DNA of 61,640 bases from a virus (taxonomy: Duplodnaviria > Caudoviricetes): the IMG/VR virus record IMGVR_UViG_3300032326_000597, positions 1 through 61,640 of that record. One strand, written 5' to 3'. The notes beneath the pieces are model-generated. The model worked only from the letters and a program-made list of their open reading frames with translations, was not told the DNA's origin and did not search any database. This document shows, one piece after another, positions 1-8,838 of the stretch. Made by a program: the position numbers and the translations under genes. Numbering within the stretch: the stretch's first letter is position 1; every line of letters starts with the position of its first letter.

Positions 1-92
1 CACTCGATGTTCTCACACGTTGCCTGCATCGTGCTGTACTTAGGGATAAACTCCTGCCTACAGATCCTGCACTTCTTATTCCTCGCCTTCAT
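1..92 (-). CDS. NinG/Rap-like recombination endonuclease, N-terminus (runs off window)
   Basis: Hand translation MKARNKKCRICRQEFIPKYSTMQATCENIE; CxxC..F.P....Q..C pattern of the lambda NinG N-terminus. Confidence 0.7.
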   Translation of the reverse strand, partial: MKARNKKCRICRQEFIPKYSTMQATCENIE

Positions 93-100
93 ACGCTATC

Positions 101-376
101 TTATTTTTCGGCAGGTTTCCACTCTGCCTGTTCTTTAGCCAAGTTTGCCTTGACAGTCTCTTCAAGAATTGCTTTGAGATAGTCCGACTCTCCCGGCTCA
201 TCGATGTATTGTGCGAATTGTTCATAGTCTGCTTCTACAGCAAAGGTAGTTGATCCGTTCGTTGTACGCAAGACCGTGAAGTTCCAAAGTTTATTTTCTA
301 TGTTTGGGAACGACATGGTTATGGTTCCTGTAAAGTGTTCCACCTTCTTCGATGGCTTGTCAGAGATTTTAATCAT
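101..376 (-). CDS. hypothetical protein
   Basis: 91 aa ORF in a coupled minus-strand operon. Confidence 0.7.
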   Translation of the reverse strand: MIKISDKPSKKVEHFTGTITMSFPNIENKLWNFTVLRTTNGSTTFAVEADYEQFAQYIDEPGESDYLKAILEETVKANLAKEQAEWKPAEK

Positions 377-827
377 AGTTTTTAAAGTGTTTGTTGAAAA
401 AGTATTTTGGTATATCAGGATGACTTAGTTGTACCCTCTCGGCGTTGCCTCCGGTTGCCTTTATTCTTTCGGCCATGGGGACAAGGGACTTGTTTATGTT
501 TCCCCAGGCCGATGGGTTGTATACGATGGCCGTGTTTCTATACGTTCCCTTTAGGAAGGATGGCCTTGTCGATGGGTCTATCAGCCCCACAAACGCGTAT
601 CTGCTGTCGTAGTTCTTTAGCACGTCTATACCACCCGCGCTGAATCCCACAAGGGCTGTTGTTTGGTAGTCAACATCCGGATCAACCACGGCTAGTGGCG
701 TTCCGTATGGCACAATAAATATCTCGTACCTTGACCACATCCAATCGGGAACCTGCTTCTTCATCCAAGTAGGCGTGGCGTAGTGCATACCGCACCAGAT
801 GACTATGGTACACAGCAGGGGGTTCAC
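369..827 (-). CDS. small alpha/beta-hydrolase-fold protein
   Basis: LVGFSAGG nucleophile elbow (GxSxG), GLIDP strand, late His (SHPD). Confidence 0.55.
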   Translation of the reverse strand: MNPLLCTIVIWCGMHYATPTWMKKQVPDWMWSRYEIFIVPYGTPLAVVDPDVDYQTTALVGFSAGGIDVLKNYDSRYAFVGLIDPSTRPSFLKGTYRNTAIVYNPSAWGNINKSLVPMAERIKATGGNAERVQLSHPDIPKYFFNKHFKNYD

Positions 828-1039
828 AGCTTGATGTTGTTCTGTTCTAGCAGTCTGTAAAACTCTTGGTATATTTCATCGCACAGATCCCACTTGTCGG
901 CTGGCATCTCCTCGTACTTTACCTTGGCCCTGAGGTAGTTTCTTACGTCATTGAGCGCATGGTACATTTCACGAGCATCTACTGCGAGGTCGAACTCGTA
1001 CTGATCGTCCGGCAAATTAAATTCAAGTATTGCTTTCAT
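824..1039 (-). CDS. conserved phage hypothetical protein
   Basis: MKAILEFNLPDD start typical of a common aquatic-phage family; overlaps neighbours. Confidence 0.75.
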   Translation of the reverse strand: MKAILEFNLPDDQYEFDLAVDAREMYHALNDVRNYLRAKVKYEEMPADKWDLCDEIYQEFYRLLEQNNIKL

Positions 1040-1253
1040 GTGTTGTTTCTATTATTTCGTCAATTGGTTTAATTTCTTGTACATACCATAGATGCTCTTC
1101 TGCTTCTTGCAAGGTATAAAACAGGTCTCTTGCATACCATCCGTCGTAGTAGTCAGCCCACCAACGCTTCCATAGAAATTTCTTCTCCACTTGATAAAAG
1201 TAGTAGACCCTTCCGTCTGGCATTGTCCGTTTAACTATGCGTACATTCTTCAT
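1023..1253 (-). CDS. hypothetical protein
   Basis: 76 aa, ATGA-coupled to upstream cassette. Confidence 0.7.
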   Translation of the reverse strand: MKNVRIVKRTMPDGRVYYFYQVEKKFLWKRWWADYYDGWYARDLFYTLQEAEEHLWYVQEIKPIDEIIETTHESNT

Positions 1254-1411
1254 TTGTCACCTCCATTATGTCTGTGACCTAGTATTATTTGGTCTTTTCC
1301 TTTGTTACGTTCTAAGACATCTGACCATATCTTGATTACCATGTCCCGACGTGGAGATGGCTCCAATCTTGACCACGTATCAAGCACGTATTGAATTTCT
1401 TCTCTAGTCAT
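1250..1411 (-). CDS. 53 aa cassette protein ending GGDK (not in ORF track)
   Basis: MTREEIQYVLDTWSRLEPSPRRDMVIKIWSDVLERNKGKDQIILGHRHNGGDK; ATGA overlaps at both ends. Confidence 0.7.
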   Translation of the reverse strand: MTREEIQYVLDTWSRLEPSPRRDMVIKIWSDVLERNKGKDQIILGHRHNGGDK

Positions 1412-1557
1412 TTGTCACCTCCCTTTTTTATATGTTTCCATCTTTCTTTAAAAAAATTATGAAGCTGTTCAATAGTTGGGTTTTCGCTACCATATTCTTT
1501 AGGTGGATTCCTTGTTAAATAACTAAGGAGAGATTCCATTTTTCCTTGCTTTTTCAT
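1408..1557 (-). CDS. 49 aa cassette protein ending GGDK (not in ORF track)
   Basis: MKKQGKMESLLSYLTRNPPKEYGSENPTIEQLHNFFKERWKHIKKGGDK; ATGA overlaps at both ends. Confidence 0.7.
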   Translation of the reverse strand: MKKQGKMESLLSYLTRNPPKEYGSENPTIEQLHNFFKERWKHIKKGGDK

Positions 1558-1838
1558 TCGTCACCTCCTTTTGTTTCTTCCTTTTCCCTAGTCGCCAGCC
1601 CCGACTGCTCAACGGTTATTCCTTGGGACTTCCTGAGCTGTTTAGTCAACGTCTCATGCCTCCTAGCCCTAAGGACTGCCCGCACGTTCTTAATGATCTT
1701 GTTGGTCTCCGGGTCGATCACCTTGAAGTCCATGCTGTGAACGAGTCCGCAGTCGCAACAGGCCATCTTATATCCCTTCTCGATGGGCATCTGCCATTCG
1801 TTCTTGGGAACCTGATAAAAGTCTACTTTCTTTTTCAT
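1554..1838 (-). CDS. Cys-motif protein ending GGDE
   Basis: CCDCGLVH motif; ATGA-coupled. Confidence 0.75.
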   Translation of the reverse strand: MKKKVDFYQVPKNEWQMPIEKGYKMACCDCGLVHSMDFKVIDPETNKIIKNVRAVLRARRHETLTKQLRKSQGITVEQSGLATREKEETKGGDE

Positions 1839-2062
1839 TTGTCACCTCCGTATTCTTTATAGGTTACTGTTTTAATTTTATTTCCCCAGAATTCTTCAAT
1901 ACTACTAATCGCATCTTCTTCAGAGCCATGGATATATCTCATTGTTTTGCTTGTTGATAATTCAATTATATTTTCCCACCCACCAAAAAAATATTTTTTT
2001 ACTTGTGGAGTATAATTTTTTTGACCACTATTGAGATGCTCTATTTTGATTCTATACTTCAT
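1835..2062 (-). CDS. hypothetical protein ending YGGDK
   Basis: 75 aa, ATGA-coupled. Confidence 0.75.
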   Translation of the reverse strand: MKYRIKIEHLNSGQKNYTPQVKKYFFGGWENIIELSTSKTMRYIHGSEEDAISSIEEFWGNKIKTVTYKEYGGDK

Positions 2063-2274
2063 TTATCACCTCCGTATGTTTCGTTGTAAAATTGTGTTGC
2101 GCCTTGTCTTTCCCAATTAAAACTACCTTGTAAGTAGGCATCAATGATCTGATCGCGCTCCATTTCTTTGGCTTCCTCAATAATTTGATTTAACTTTTGC
2201 CATTCACTTGGGAATAGTTCAAAATAAACATCTAATTTCATGTGCAACCACTCTGCTGCTGTTTGCTTTTTCAT
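2059..2274 (-). CDS. conserved phage protein (KQTA.EWL...AKEME..QIIDAY...YNETYGGDK)
   Basis: Recognisable widespread Bacteroidota-phage family. Confidence 0.8.
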   Translation of the reverse strand: MKKQTAAEWLHMKLDVYFELFPSEWQKLNQIIEEAKEMERDQIIDAYLQGSFNWERQGATQFYNETYGGDK

Positions 2275-2287
2275 TTGTCAAATCGTT

Positions 2288-2521
2288 TTAGTTAATAATT
2301 GATATCAAGAACCCGATTATCCCACCGGCCTGGGTCGCCATGATGTCTCCATAGCTGAACCTCTTGCCGTTGTAGTTGTCATACAGCTCCTTTGCTACCG
2401 CTGCGGTAAACACCGCGATAAGGGAGAATATAGGCGTGATCAGAATGGAACATAGCCCATAGATTACTACGCCGTAGATGGCGTGGTTTGCCTTGTCTTT
2501 TTCGAACATTGGTAAATTCAT
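2288..2521 (-). CDS. small membrane protein (YfiM/DUF2279-like)
   Basis: DK..H...G, KE.YD, FS..D..AT..G motifs with TM helices; likely start 2521 or 2509. Confidence 0.6.
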   Translation of the reverse strand: MNLPMFEKDKANHAIYGVVIYGLCSILITPIFSLIAVFTAAVAKELYDNYNGKRFSYGDIMATQAGGIIGFLISIIN

Positions 2522-2564
2522 TTTACAAAGATAACTTATGTGTTGTTTTAATGCAATTATTTTT

Positions 2565-2597
2565 TTTGACTTTGGTGTTGTGGCCACCATATTTTTG
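2565..2597 (+). promoter_or_regulatory. Bacteroidota sigma-A promoter, antisense to the surrounding operon
   Basis: TTTG 2565-2568 and TATTTTTG 2590-2597. Confidence 0.55.
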
Positions 2598-2670
2598 CTT
2601 CATAATCCTTGTCTTTCGGTGTGTAGAGAGCGGCGAAAGGCTAAGGAAGAAGGAATAAACCCCTTTGCCC

Positions 2671-2706
2671 AAGCCCTGGTCTCTCTACACGGGGCTTTTT
2701 CTTTTT
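2671..2706 (+). terminator. terminator/attenuator hairpin
   Basis: aagccctg-loop-cggggctt then T-tract; loop is complementary to gtgtagagag at 2621-2630. Confidence 0.65.
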
Positions 2707-3056
2707 ATGTACTACGGTCTTAAAAGTGTTTCACCCGTTCCGTCCAAGCAGTCTCCGGCGGAGAATGAAAGATTCATTGTCATCCAACACAAGCCCCTCT
2801 TGAAATTTGCCTTTACAGGACTTGACCAAGAAGGGGAGATCAGTCCATGCCGCTTTCTGCTCTGTCCAGCACCCGACAACAGAACCATACTGAAAAAATC
2901 AGTCTTCGGACTGACGACCTCCAGGCATTTGGACTCCGTCACGGTATGCGGGTAGGTTGAATTGGCTTGTACTCATCTTGCTTGAAGGTGGGGAAAATCG
3001 TCTTGACTTCTTGTTTCACTAGAGGTTATTTCAGGCGGTATAGGGGATGCTATATC

Positions 3057-3281
3057 CTATAGTGAAATGGTGTCTAAAAAAGCCTCAATATCTTCGACAA
3101 TCGGATACTCAAGCGTTCCAACTATGTTTACCTTCTCGCCCACCGGATACAAATCAAGACGCGAATTGGGGCCGATTAAACGCATCTGCCAAGGCGTGAT
3201 ATAGTAAAGGTCATAGTTGTTGTCTTCAGCGTAATATTCAGCCGCTTGTGCCCAAAATTGAATGCGTTTTTCCTTGGTCAT
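3057..3281 (-). CDS. hypothetical protein
   Basis: 74 aa, ATGA-coupled. Confidence 0.7.
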   Translation of the reverse strand: MTKEKRIQFWAQAAEYYAEDNNYDLYYITPWQMRLIGPNSRLDLYPVGEKVNIVGTLEYPIVEDIEAFLDTISL

Positions 3282-3709
3282 ATTTCAAGTTGTTCATTAG
3301 GGTCAGGAATGTAAATGTCTAGCGTCTCAGCCGCAAATTGCTTGACGTGTTCCATGTATTCTATAAACTCCTCCGTTGCAAGCTCCGACGTTTTGCGTGG
3401 AATCTTCATGACTTCACCGGATGTCGGGTCGGTAAACTCCGTGTAGAGAAACCTTCCCTTGAGGAACTCATGCGTGAGGTCTCGGTCAACATCATGTCCA
3501 AGCTCGCGTAGTCTCTGCGATATCATGGCCACGACCACGCCCCAATAGTATGCGTTCTGCACGTCCGACCGGAACCGCTTCTTCAGTTTGACTTCGATGG
3601 TCACAGCCAAGTCCGTCTCACGGGACATGGCTCTGACGTCCTCTTCGAAGAGGGGGCGGTTGTAGATCCGCAACGCCCCCTGTGGTGTGATTACTGCGTT
3701 GTGCTTCAT
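3278..3709 (-). CDS. NinB-like recombination protein
   Basis: RS..QNAYYW, TSEL...EF.EY.E.V..FAA motifs. Confidence 0.7.
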   Translation of the reverse strand: MKHNAVITPQGALRIYNRPLFEEDVRAMSRETDLAVTIEVKLKKRFRSDVQNAYYWGVVVAMISQRLRELGHDVDRDLTHEFLKGRFLYTEFTDPTSGEVMKIPRKTSELATEEFIEYMEHVKQFAAETLDIYIPDPNEQLEI

Positions 3710-3939
3710 TGTATCCTCCACACTCTGACTCCGGTATCGAATACTTGAGTCTTGAATTTGTATTTGTCATTCTTCTTGCAGAACATACAAGCAGCTGCTG
3801 ATATTTTCTTGCGTACAGGTTCGGGGTCTGCATCTGTAATAAAGAATGAGTCTCCTACTACCATGTCCCTAAACGGGTATTTGCCAGACCTTGTGGTTTG
3901 TTTGGGTGCAGGCACATTCTTTTCGATTTGTATTTTCAT
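3706..3939 (-). CDS. small basic putative DNA-binding protein
   Basis: IEKNVP.P...KYPF.DM.VGDSF...GVRVWR family pattern. Confidence 0.75.
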   Translation of the reverse strand: MKIQIEKNVPAPKQTTRSGKYPFRDMVVGDSFFITDADPEPVRKKISAAACMFCKKNDKYKFKTQVFDTGVRVWRIQ

Positions 3940-4256
3940 TTGGTTGGTGTATTAAAATAATTATTGGTTACTAAATAATCGTACAGGCTGTCGAGGTCTT
4001 TGCATATCTCGTCCTTGTGTTCGTTATGCGCCTTCATGTCCTCTCTGAGTTCATATAGGTACGCCTTCTCGTACATGAACCATGAGAACCAGTCCATGCC
4101 TTCCTTGGTCAGCACGGCCTCCCATAGGTGCGTGGTTACGTAGTATTCGGAATCCATGAACTCGTTGAGGTCGATGCCCATCTTGTAGGCCGAGCTGACC
4201 TTGTTCGACGTCTCCTTCATGCGCTCACACGCTTTCTTGAATGCTATCTTTTTCAT
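3936..4256 (-). CDS. hypothetical protein
   Basis: 106 aa, EG.DW.SWF.YE motif; coupled. Confidence 0.75.
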   Translation of the reverse strand: MKKIAFKKACERMKETSNKVSSAYKMGIDLNEFMDSEYYVTTHLWEAVLTKEGMDWFSWFMYEKAYLYELREDMKAHNEHKDEICKDLDSLYDYLVTNNYFNTPTK

Positions 4257-5248
4257 GCCTCGTCCTCCTCTTCTGTTACGCCAAACCTCTTGGCTTGTTC
4301 TACTATTTGATTGAAGTCGTATCCGGCTGATTCTATCTCGGCGCGTACCTCCTCGTTCTTGGCGGTTATCTTTTCGCCTTTAGCGTAGCGGGCAATCACA
4401 CGGGTCCAACGTGCAACCTGAGACTTGACTGAGTCAGCGTAGTCTCTTGGTTCTTCGAAGTCGTATAGGAACTTGAGGTAGTTTGAATACTCGATGCCGA
4501 AGTTCTTCTTGAACTTGCCGTCTTCTACTATGATGTGTTTCTCAAGCGGAGGGCGTGTGCTCGACGTGTAGTAATGCGTGATGCCAGCAAGGTCTGCGAG
4601 GTACTCCTGCTCTAACTCTTCGTTAGGCTCGTATTGGAAGCACATCATTCGCAAGTCATCCTTGCAGATGTATACTAACTCTCCGTTGAGTCCAAGTCCC
4701 TTCATGTAGTGGAACAACTGAAGTCTGTGGTGCTTGATGGGTTTCTCGGTCTTCTCCATCATATCCATCACGAAGGATGAGCATGACTTGATTTCGAGAA
4801 CCTTCTTCTCTAATTCCTTGTCACCAAACTTCTCGTATAGCTTCTCTGCGATGTACAGGGACGATGCTTGGATAGACTCCGGCAGATGCGAGGAGGTAAT
4901 ATCTTGCTTGGCACGTTCGATGTCAATCTTGCCACCCGCTAGGAAGTCTAGGCGCCCCGATACCTTGAGCATGTTCGGGTACTCCACCATAACACGTTCT
5001 TGTGTATTGTTGATCAGTCCAGCTCGCTCTAGAACGTATCGTACCACCCATTCGACAAGGTTACCCGCTTCGAACTTGCGGAGGCTTCTCATGTTGGGAG
5101 GGTTGGTTGGTGTAACGGCTTTCATCTTGAGGTAACGGTCAACGAGAGGCTGTCCGATTTCAGATGCATAGCAATAGTCTCGTGGCTCTAGCGCACGTTG
5201 TTGGGAATACACGCATTCATTCCATAGTTGTTGTAGATTCCAATTCAT
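4253..5248 (-). CDS. PD-(D/E)XK (Cas4/RecB-like) exonuclease
   Basis: ASEIG, GRLD, EIKS, QLFHY motifs. Confidence 0.8.
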   Translation of the reverse strand: MNWNLQQLWNECVYSQQRALEPRDYCYASEIGQPLVDRYLKMKAVTPTNPPNMRSLRKFEAGNLVEWVVRYVLERAGLINNTQERVMVEYPNMLKVSGRLDFLAGGKIDIERAKQDITSSHLPESIQASSLYIAEKLYEKFGDKELEKKVLEIKSCSSFVMDMMEKTEKPIKHHRLQLFHYMKGLGLNGELVYICKDDLRMMCFQYEPNEELEQEYLADLAGITHYYTSSTRPPLEKHIIVEDGKFKKNFGIEYSNYLKFLYDFEEPRDYADSVKSQVARWTRVIARYAKGEKITAKNEEVRAEIESAGYDFNQIVEQAKRFGVTEEEDEA

Positions 5249-5258
5249 GTTGATTTAT

Positions 5259-5564
5259 TTAATTGTAAGTTGTTTTTACTTCTTCCCACACCCAGCCGTT
5301 TCCGATTCGGTAGTAGGTTTGGCCGTCGATGGTGGTTGTCGGCACGACGTCGCTACATTGCTCGTCTCGGTCGGTTTCGATAAGTGTTTCACCTTCCCAC
5401 CTGAATGTGGTCGCGCTGTCCTCGTCGAATGGTTCAGTTGCAAGGAAGCGCATTACCTCCGCCTTGCTCAGGTATGGCATTTCCCATCCGTTCCACCGTT
5501 GTCCGTCCGTGTAACCATCGTAAACGTCGCTGATTACATCGATTGAAAATTTAGTTCTCTTCAT
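5259..5564 (-). CDS. acidic hypothetical protein
   Basis: G.RWNGW.MP...IG.GWVWEE. Confidence 0.75.
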   Translation of the reverse strand: MKRTKFSIDVISDVYDGYTDGQRWNGWEMPYLSKAEVMRFLATEPFDEDSATTFRWEGETLIETDRDEQCSDVVPTTTIDGQTYYRIGNGWVWEEVKTTYN

Positions 5565-5748
5565 TTCGCTGAATGTTAAAAAAGATTGTTTTGATTTCGT
5601 TTGGTATATTCTTGAGCAGCCTTCCGCTCGATTGGTAGCTGGGTGAGACCTTGCCTATGTACTTCACGTTCTTGCCTATGATTGCATAAACGTCACGCGA
5701 ATGTTTTACAATTTCATACCCATCTTTGGTTTTAAATAGCCTTGTCAT
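5551..5748 (-). CDS. hypothetical protein
   Basis: 65 aa ORF in operon. Confidence 0.65.
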   Translation of the reverse strand: MTRLFKTKDGYEIVKHSRDVYAIIGKNVKYIGKVSPSYQSSGRLLKNIPNEIKTIFFNIQRNEEN

Positions 5749-5796
5749 TTGGATTGTAAATATAGTGTAACTTCAATGGTATCAGCTAATCTTAAT

Positions 5797-6117
5797 CTAA
5801 TTAAGACTATTTAGCTCTTCAGCGAACACCTCAGCGAGCACATCTGCGAGGTCTGCTTCTTCTGATTTAGTCAGTAGTTTGCGAAACGCGCGAGCATCCA
5901 CCCACCATACATTGTCGGTCTTCTCGTCGTTCATGTCGCACACAGGACACTTGGTAAATGGCCTGTCAGATTTCAATCCGATGTCCACAACGAGGATACA
6001 TCCACAGCTATTTCTTTGTATAGCCATAGCTGTGAACACATCCCCCTTGAGGAATACACCTTGTGAGTGGTCTTTGATTGCGACGATGTCGTCGCCGGTG
6101 CGGTAGTCGATTATCAT
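5797..6117 (-). CDS. Cys-containing hypothetical protein
   Basis: CGC and CPVC; likely start MIIDYR. Confidence 0.7.
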   Translation of the reverse strand: MIIDYRTGDDIVAIKDHSQGVFLKGDVFTAMAIQRNSCGCILVVDIGLKSDRPFTKCPVCDMNDEKTDNVWWVDARAFRKLLTKSEEADLADVLAEVFAEELNSLN

Positions 6118-6165
6118 TTGTCTACGTCTTTTAAGAGCCACATCATTAGGTTGAAGATAAGATGG

Positions 6166-6534
6166 TCAATTACGCGTTTCATTTGCGATGATTGTTGCTA
6201 AGTGTCCATGTGCTAAGTGATACTGTCCCATAAACTCGGAGCGATCAATAAAGGTAAACTCCTTGTAGTTCATTCGCAGTCTTTGTATCTCATCATTCTG
6301 CTCAGTTTGTGTCGGCTCAATCTCGTCAGTCTCTATTGCTGGAATGCTGAGGAAGTCGGTAATCGTTATGCAGTAACCTTGCTTGGTTATCATGCCGTAG
6401 GCGAATCTACCCTTGTACCCTTGCAGATACTTGAAGAATAGGGTCTCCTCAATGTAGTCGGTTGTTTCTTCGGTGTAGTGTCCGTCGTCTTCGGGGTTGG
6501 ACAACTTCCAATCGTCATAGTTGTGGTAGTTCAT
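6166..6534 (-). CDS. hypothetical protein
   Basis: YDDWKL.NP N-terminal motif. Confidence 0.75.
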   Translation of the reverse strand: MNYHNYDDWKLSNPEDDGHYTEETTDYIEETLFFKYLQGYKGRFAYGMITKQGYCITITDFLSIPAIETDEIEPTQTEQNDEIQRLRMNYKEFTFIDRSEFMGQYHLAHGHLATIIANETRN

Positions 6535-6722
6535 TCTTCAAATTTGTTAAGGATTATTGTATAGATTTCGATTCGTTCTTTAGCATTGTCGATGCAGTCT
6601 CTGATGATTTGGTCGCCCTCCCATGCTGGCTTTTTCAGTTGCTCTTCATATTTCATAACCGCTCTCCATTCGTCCATGATTTGTTGTTGGATGTGGTTGA
6701 TTACTTTCTCTTCAGTACTCAT
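6531..6722 (-). CDS. hypothetical protein
   Basis: 63 aa helical, coupled. Confidence 0.7.
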   Translation of the reverse strand: MSTEEKVINHIQQQIMDEWRAVMKYEEQLKKPAWEGDQIIRDCIDNAKERIEIYTIILNKFEE

Positions 6723-6978
6723 TTTTTATAGTGTTAATTGTTACGTTAAATTCTTTCTCTGCCCATTCTATGTCCTGTTCTATTTCACCCATGTCCATGT
6801 AGCTGAATGACTCAAGCACATTCGAGCTGTCTTTGTCGTGGGTGTCGTGAACGTCCATGTAAACGATTCCGGTTTCTTTGTCCTCGTAAACTTTGATGTC
6901 AAACTCTGCATCGTATTCATAGGATGCATTTCGCATCCATTGTGAGAAACTTACGTTGTGATAATTGGATTGTTGCAT
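6712..6978 (-). CDS. acidic hypothetical protein
   Basis: 88 aa, A-rich leader. Confidence 0.7.
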   Translation of the reverse strand: MQQSNYHNVSFSQWMRNASYEYDAEFDIKVYEDKETGIVYMDVHDTHDKDSSNVLESFSYMDMGEIEQDIEWAEKEFNVTINTIKNEY

Positions 6979-6995
6979 AGTGTTATTGTTTATGG

Positions 6996-7388
6996 TTATC
7001 CAAAAATTATTTCATTGAAAAACACTTGTTGCAGAATTACATCAGCGGTAATTGCATCTCCATTCTCGTTGATGGCATCCATCAAATGTGCGATGCTAGT
7101 GTTTTGCACTTGCTCGTGTACGTCTTTCATTGTAATGGTGCGCGTGTATTCGCCTTCGCATCCAATGTCTTCCATTGTCAATGCCCCTCCCTTTCTAAGT
7201 ATGCTCATTAGGATGTCTTCATGGCAAAGTTCGTAGCCAGAGCCATCATCCTTTTTTCGGGCATCTTGATATTGTTGTAGGTCGTAAGTCAGCTCAAGGT
7301 CGTAACCACCTTCAACCCATTCAAGCCCGTCGCATAGTGCGGTAAGAAATAGTTCTTCTGATTCTTCGTGTGTTAGTAATACTCTCAT
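6996..7388 (-). CDS. conserved acidic phage protein
   Basis: C-terminal DA..AD..LQ..FF.E.IFG family motif. Confidence 0.8.
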   Translation of the reverse strand: MRVLLTHEESEELFLTALCDGLEWVEGGYDLELTYDLQQYQDARKKDDGSGYELCHEDILMSILRKGGALTMEDIGCEGEYTRTITMKDVHEQVQNTSIAHLMDAINENGDAITADVILQQVFFNEIIFG

Positions 7389-7454
7389 AATAAATTAGTG
7401 TTTAAATGTGGGTGCAATATAATTTTAAATACTGCACCCACTTGTTAACGATTG

Positions 7455-7652
7455 TTAATTTGCCCATCCGCACCCGCCGTTGTCGCGGTTCACCCAATTA
7501 TTGGTGTGTGTTGTTCTGAGGTGGTCTTGATATCCAGCCCCCCTGTGAGTTGTGCATGACGAGAGCAGAGCTGCGATTATTGCAATGATTCCGATTGTTG
7601 CTACGATGCTGTCGTAGATTTTGAGTTTCTTTTGTTTGTCCATGATGTTCAT
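7455..7652 (-). CDS. small lipoprotein
   Basis: Hydrophobic stretch followed by LSSC lipobox. Confidence 0.65.
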   Translation of the reverse strand: MNIMDKQKKLKIYDSIVATIGIIAIIAALLSSCTTHRGAGYQDHLRTTHTNNWVNRDNGGCGWAN

Positions 7653-7671
7653 AGTGTTTATGTTTTATTGT

Positions 7672-8166
7672 TTATGATTCTAATTCGTATCTCCATAGCT
7701 CGCAAGCCCATGCCATATCCCCTTGCTCTTCGCTTATGCGCTCGCCGTTTTGATACTCGTAGCTTCCGCAGTTATATCCTAAATCTTCGTCGGCGAATGA
7801 TACTTCAAAAGTGTTTTGAGGGAATAAAAAACTGAGCTTTTCAATTACTGCAATCGGTGTACTCCATGCTGTTTGAAATTCAATGTAATGCTCGGTTTCT
7901 TCTATGTCGTAGGCGTTCCACTTCGTACCCCAATTACTCAGCCTCCAATCGTACCAATTAGACACCCCATACTTTCGCATCAGCTCATGTTGTTTGTTTA
8001 CATCGTCTTCGGTCTTCATTGGGGTCGGGGCGGGTGTATCATTTAGTTCCTCCGGCATGGGAATAATCCTGTTGAAGTCTATCGCTGCTTTTCCGCGAAT
8101 GAATGATTTAACTTCTTGTTGGTTGTCGCCATGAATGTATAGGCGGTGAATTACGTGGTTTGGCAT
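7672..8166 (-). CDS. YubB/DUF1281 ferredoxin-like domain protein
   Basis: MPNH, DFN.IIPMP, WYDWR..NWGTKWNA, F.TAWS.P, ADED.G.NCG. Confidence 0.85.
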   Translation of the reverse strand: MPNHVIHRLYIHGDNQQEVKSFIRGKAAIDFNRIIPMPEELNDTPAPTPMKTEDDVNKQHELMRKYGVSNWYDWRLSNWGTKWNAYDIEETEHYIEFQTAWSTPIAVIEKLSFLFPQNTFEVSFADEDLGYNCGSYEYQNGERISEEQGDMAWACELWRYELES

Positions 8167-8192
8167 GTTGTTTACTTTTTATTTGTTGGTTG

Positions 8193-8504
8193 TTATTGAT
8201 TTTTGTTGTTACGCATGTCGTTATGATTCTGCACATATTGGCTGTTGTCTATTTCGGTGAAGAACATATTTACAAAGTCTTGATTCCAGCCATCGCCCAC
8301 ATATATATGGCGTAGGCTTTTCAGAATCGAATCACGATGGGTAGAGATTTCCATTTCGCTTTCGTTAGCGAGTTCGGGGTTCAATAGATACAATACCGCA
8401 TCCCTAAGGAAGTCGAGGTCGTTCATGTGCTTGTTAATCTCTTTAGTCGTGTAGTCACGATAGATGATGTTGGAGTAGTAAACTCGAATCTTTTCGTTTG
8501 TCAT
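8193..8504 (-). CDS. hypothetical protein
   Basis: 103 aa, aacaacATG start. Confidence 0.7.
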   Translation of the reverse strand: MTNEKIRVYYSNIIYRDYTTKEINKHMNDLDFLRDAVLYLLNPELANESEMEISTHRDSILKSLRHIYVGDGWNQDFVNMFFTEIDNSQYVQNHNDMRNNKNQ

Positions 8505-8508
8505 GTTG

Positions 8509-8673
8509 TTATGGATTTTGTTGTTGTAGAATTGTTGGTGTTTGGTATACCTCTTTCATGTAGTCTCTTAATGCTATTTGCATTTGCAAAGTCTCATTGA
8601 ATTGGGAAGTATGGTACATGATGAAGTTGTTGATTTCATCCGCGATTAGTTGGTCGATTTCTTTTTGTGTCAT
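8509..8673 (-). CDS. 54 aa hypothetical protein (not in ORF track)
   Basis: MTQKEIDQLIADEINNFIMYH...; aacaacATG start. Confidence 0.6.
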   Translation of the reverse strand: MTQKEIDQLIADEINNFIMYHTSQFNETLQMQIALRDYMKEVYQTPTILQQQNP

Positions 8674-8687
8674 GTTGTTGTGTTTAA

Positions 8688-8834
8688 TCAGAATGAATTA
8701 AGGTGTTCTATTTCGTCATCAGTTAGGTATATGATAAGCCCGTTGTTTAGCTTTATCCAATTTTCGCCTGTGCTTTCGATTGTAAGTCCTACCAACATAT
8801 CGTTGGCTTGCTCGTTGAATTTCTGAGTTGTCAT
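8688..8834 (-). CDS. hypothetical protein
   Basis: Likely start MTTQKF with aacaacATG context. Confidence 0.6.
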   Translation of the reverse strand: MTTQKFNEQANDMLVGLTIESTGENWIKLNNGLIIYLTDDEIEHLNSF

Positions 8835-8838
8835 GTTG

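Larger units (their letters stand above)
1250..2280 (-). repeat. 15-nt junction repeat GGAGGTGAYRAATGA, five copies plus one partial
   Basis: Copies at 1250-1264, 1408-1422, 1554-1568, 1835-1849, 2059-2073; partial TGACAAATGA at 2271-2280. Confidence 0.9.
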
